Shown here piece after piece: positions 62,244 to 64,000 of a stretch of DNA of 64,000 nt (positions within the stretch are counted from its first letter, which is position 1; each line of letters begins with the position of its first letter). A program made the position numbers and the translations under genes. The notes beneath the pieces were generated by a model, which saw only the letters and a program-made list of their open reading frames with translations, ran no database searches and was not told where the DNA came from. The stretch comes from Cirrosporium novae-zelandiae (taxonomy: Eukaryota): positions 1-64,000 of the forward strand of contig JAPETS010000021.1 in NCBI GenBank assembly GCA_026023565.1, given 5' to 3'.

Positions 62244-63169
62244 TTACAAGATGAGACACTTCTTCTTTTCCTTCTTCTTCTGGAGAAGAGCGGCACGGGT
62301 TGCCTCTTCGAAGACTTTGGCAACGTTTTCGTTTGTCTTGGCGGAGCACTCAATATACATTTTCGCACCAATCTTTTTGCGCACATCTTCGGCCTATACA
62401 GAGTCCCCTATTTAGTCTGGATCTAATTGATCATGGGAAACCTGTTGAAAAAAATATCTTACCTTGTCAGCAGACACGGGTTCTTGGGAGGTCTTCTTGA
62501 GTTCTTCTCTGGTCTTGGGGTCGGTACGCAAATCGGCCTTGCACCCAACAAGAATGATTGGAAGTCCAGAGCAAAAGTGCAGAACTTCAGAGATCCACTA
62601 CAAGCCATCAGGTCAGCGATATTGAACTGGTATATCAAGTTGTAGCAACTTCAAACTAGTAGGACTGACCTTTTCCTGAACGTTATCGAGGGAATCTGGT
62701 GAATCAATAGCGAAGCAGATTAGGATAACGTGGGAATCAGGATACGAAAGAGGACGAAGACGATCATAATCTTCCTGTCCAGCCGTATCCCAAAGGGCAA
62801 GCTCCACATGCTTTCCGTCGACCTCCACGTCGGCAACATAGTTTTCAAAGACAGTGGGGACATAAACCTATCATTTGTATCAGCTAACATGCCCTAACAC
62901 TAGAAAAGCTCATTGCGGCGATATCGAATAGTGTATCGAAGTGGTAAGGTGATTATGAGCAAAGCGAGGGACGCGAATCTCGGGGAAAACTGACCTCAGG
63001 GAAAGTTCCCTTGGAGAAAACACTAAAGACGATGAACGTGTGAGCCTTCTCAGAAACAATAGATATACGAGATAGATTTGAAAGATCTGGTGAGGACTTA
63101 CATGAGGAGACAGGTTTTACCACATGCTCCGTCACCCACGATGACGAGTTTGCGTCTGATTTCAGCCAT
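62244..63169 (-). CDS. RHO1: Rho1 small GTPase
   Basis: [57 protein letters not shown], polybasic tail and CAAX box CLIL. Four coding introns, plus a probable 5'UTR intron at about 63173-63377. Confidence 0.97.
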
Positions 63170-64000
63170 GGTCTTGGAGGCAGCAGGCATTTAGGTTAGC
63201 AAGATGGGGTTATATGATGAGCGGAGTGGATGTGATGTGGAGGAATGGATAAGAGAGTGGGGATGAGTGGAGGGTGTTGATGTTTATTATGGTGGTGAGG
63301 GCGAGGTTGATGAGGGTTGGGGATGATGAATAGGTTCATCATTATGAGGGTAGAGAGGCTCACCAAGTTGGGCTCACGCAAGACAGCTCTTTTTTTTTTT
63401 TCGCCTGAGAATAAGGATTACCTCGAACGAAGGAGAAGAGAGCGAGTGAAATTGAAAGATTTGAAGGTCAACAACTGAGAATTGAGGTGGTGGGATAATT
63501 CCAGATGTTAGAGTCCTTTTTTGGGGGGAGGAATAGGAATGTATTGACAAGACACACAGGATCTTAGGATTGACTCTGGCAGGCACTGGCAGCACTGGAC
63601 GACGGCGGTTATCTACTTCGAGGTTAGAGGGTTATTTGGGGACTACTTTGGCTTAGGGGGGGTGTGTGTGTGGGGGGGGGGATCATGGTTCTTTTACCTT
63701 CTCTGATTCTTTGGTTGGGTCGGACGGTCTTTACGGCGGTAATAAATCCCTTGAACTTCCGAAACCGAAACCGAAAAACCGAAAACGAAAACCCTCGAAG
63801 ATTCACTCCTGATGACTTGCTCAAAAAAACAATGAATCAGTCACTGCCTTGTTTGATGATGGTTGTGATCAATGAAGATGATAAATAATGATTGATATTT
63901 TAAACGGTTCTGGTTCAAACTGATTCACACTGAAATGTCTCGTGTGTTAAGATTGTCATTCTTATGGTCAGGGATACTCACAACTTGCCAATCTTACACA

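Overview
Eukaryotic, intron-containing DNA from a filamentous ascomycete (Pezizomycotina, inferred from gene content, GT-AG introns and CTRAY-type branch points). It carries about 19 protein-coding genes, mostly housekeeping: an SDR, RTT106, PNKP, MED18, KGD4/YMR31, a DUF647/RUS1 protein, an RgsA-like RGS protein, MET6, a steroid 5-alpha-reductase, kish, TAF13, DUF3431, KU70, ferrochelatase, an MFS transporter and RHO1, plus three Ser/Pro-rich hypotheticals. Long low-complexity islands separate them. No transposon, tRNA or rRNA gene could be supported. Highlights: (1) an unannotated RNase P RNA-like gene at about 27960-28302 whose CR-I/P4 5' strand is not contiguous, so it may be intron-split or divergent; (2) an intronless secreted beta-helix protein resembling a prokaryotic family (horizontal-transfer candidate); (3) unusually long, strongly base-paired introns in the DUF647/RUS1 and PNKP genes, one with a branch point, microexon and donor buried in the stem; (4) a 1.1 kb AUG-free RGS leader with a poly-C tract and an in-frame uORF; (5) a repeated intergenic palindrome, TACCTAGGTA. 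All gene models and RNA folds were derived by eye, with no searches or folding software.
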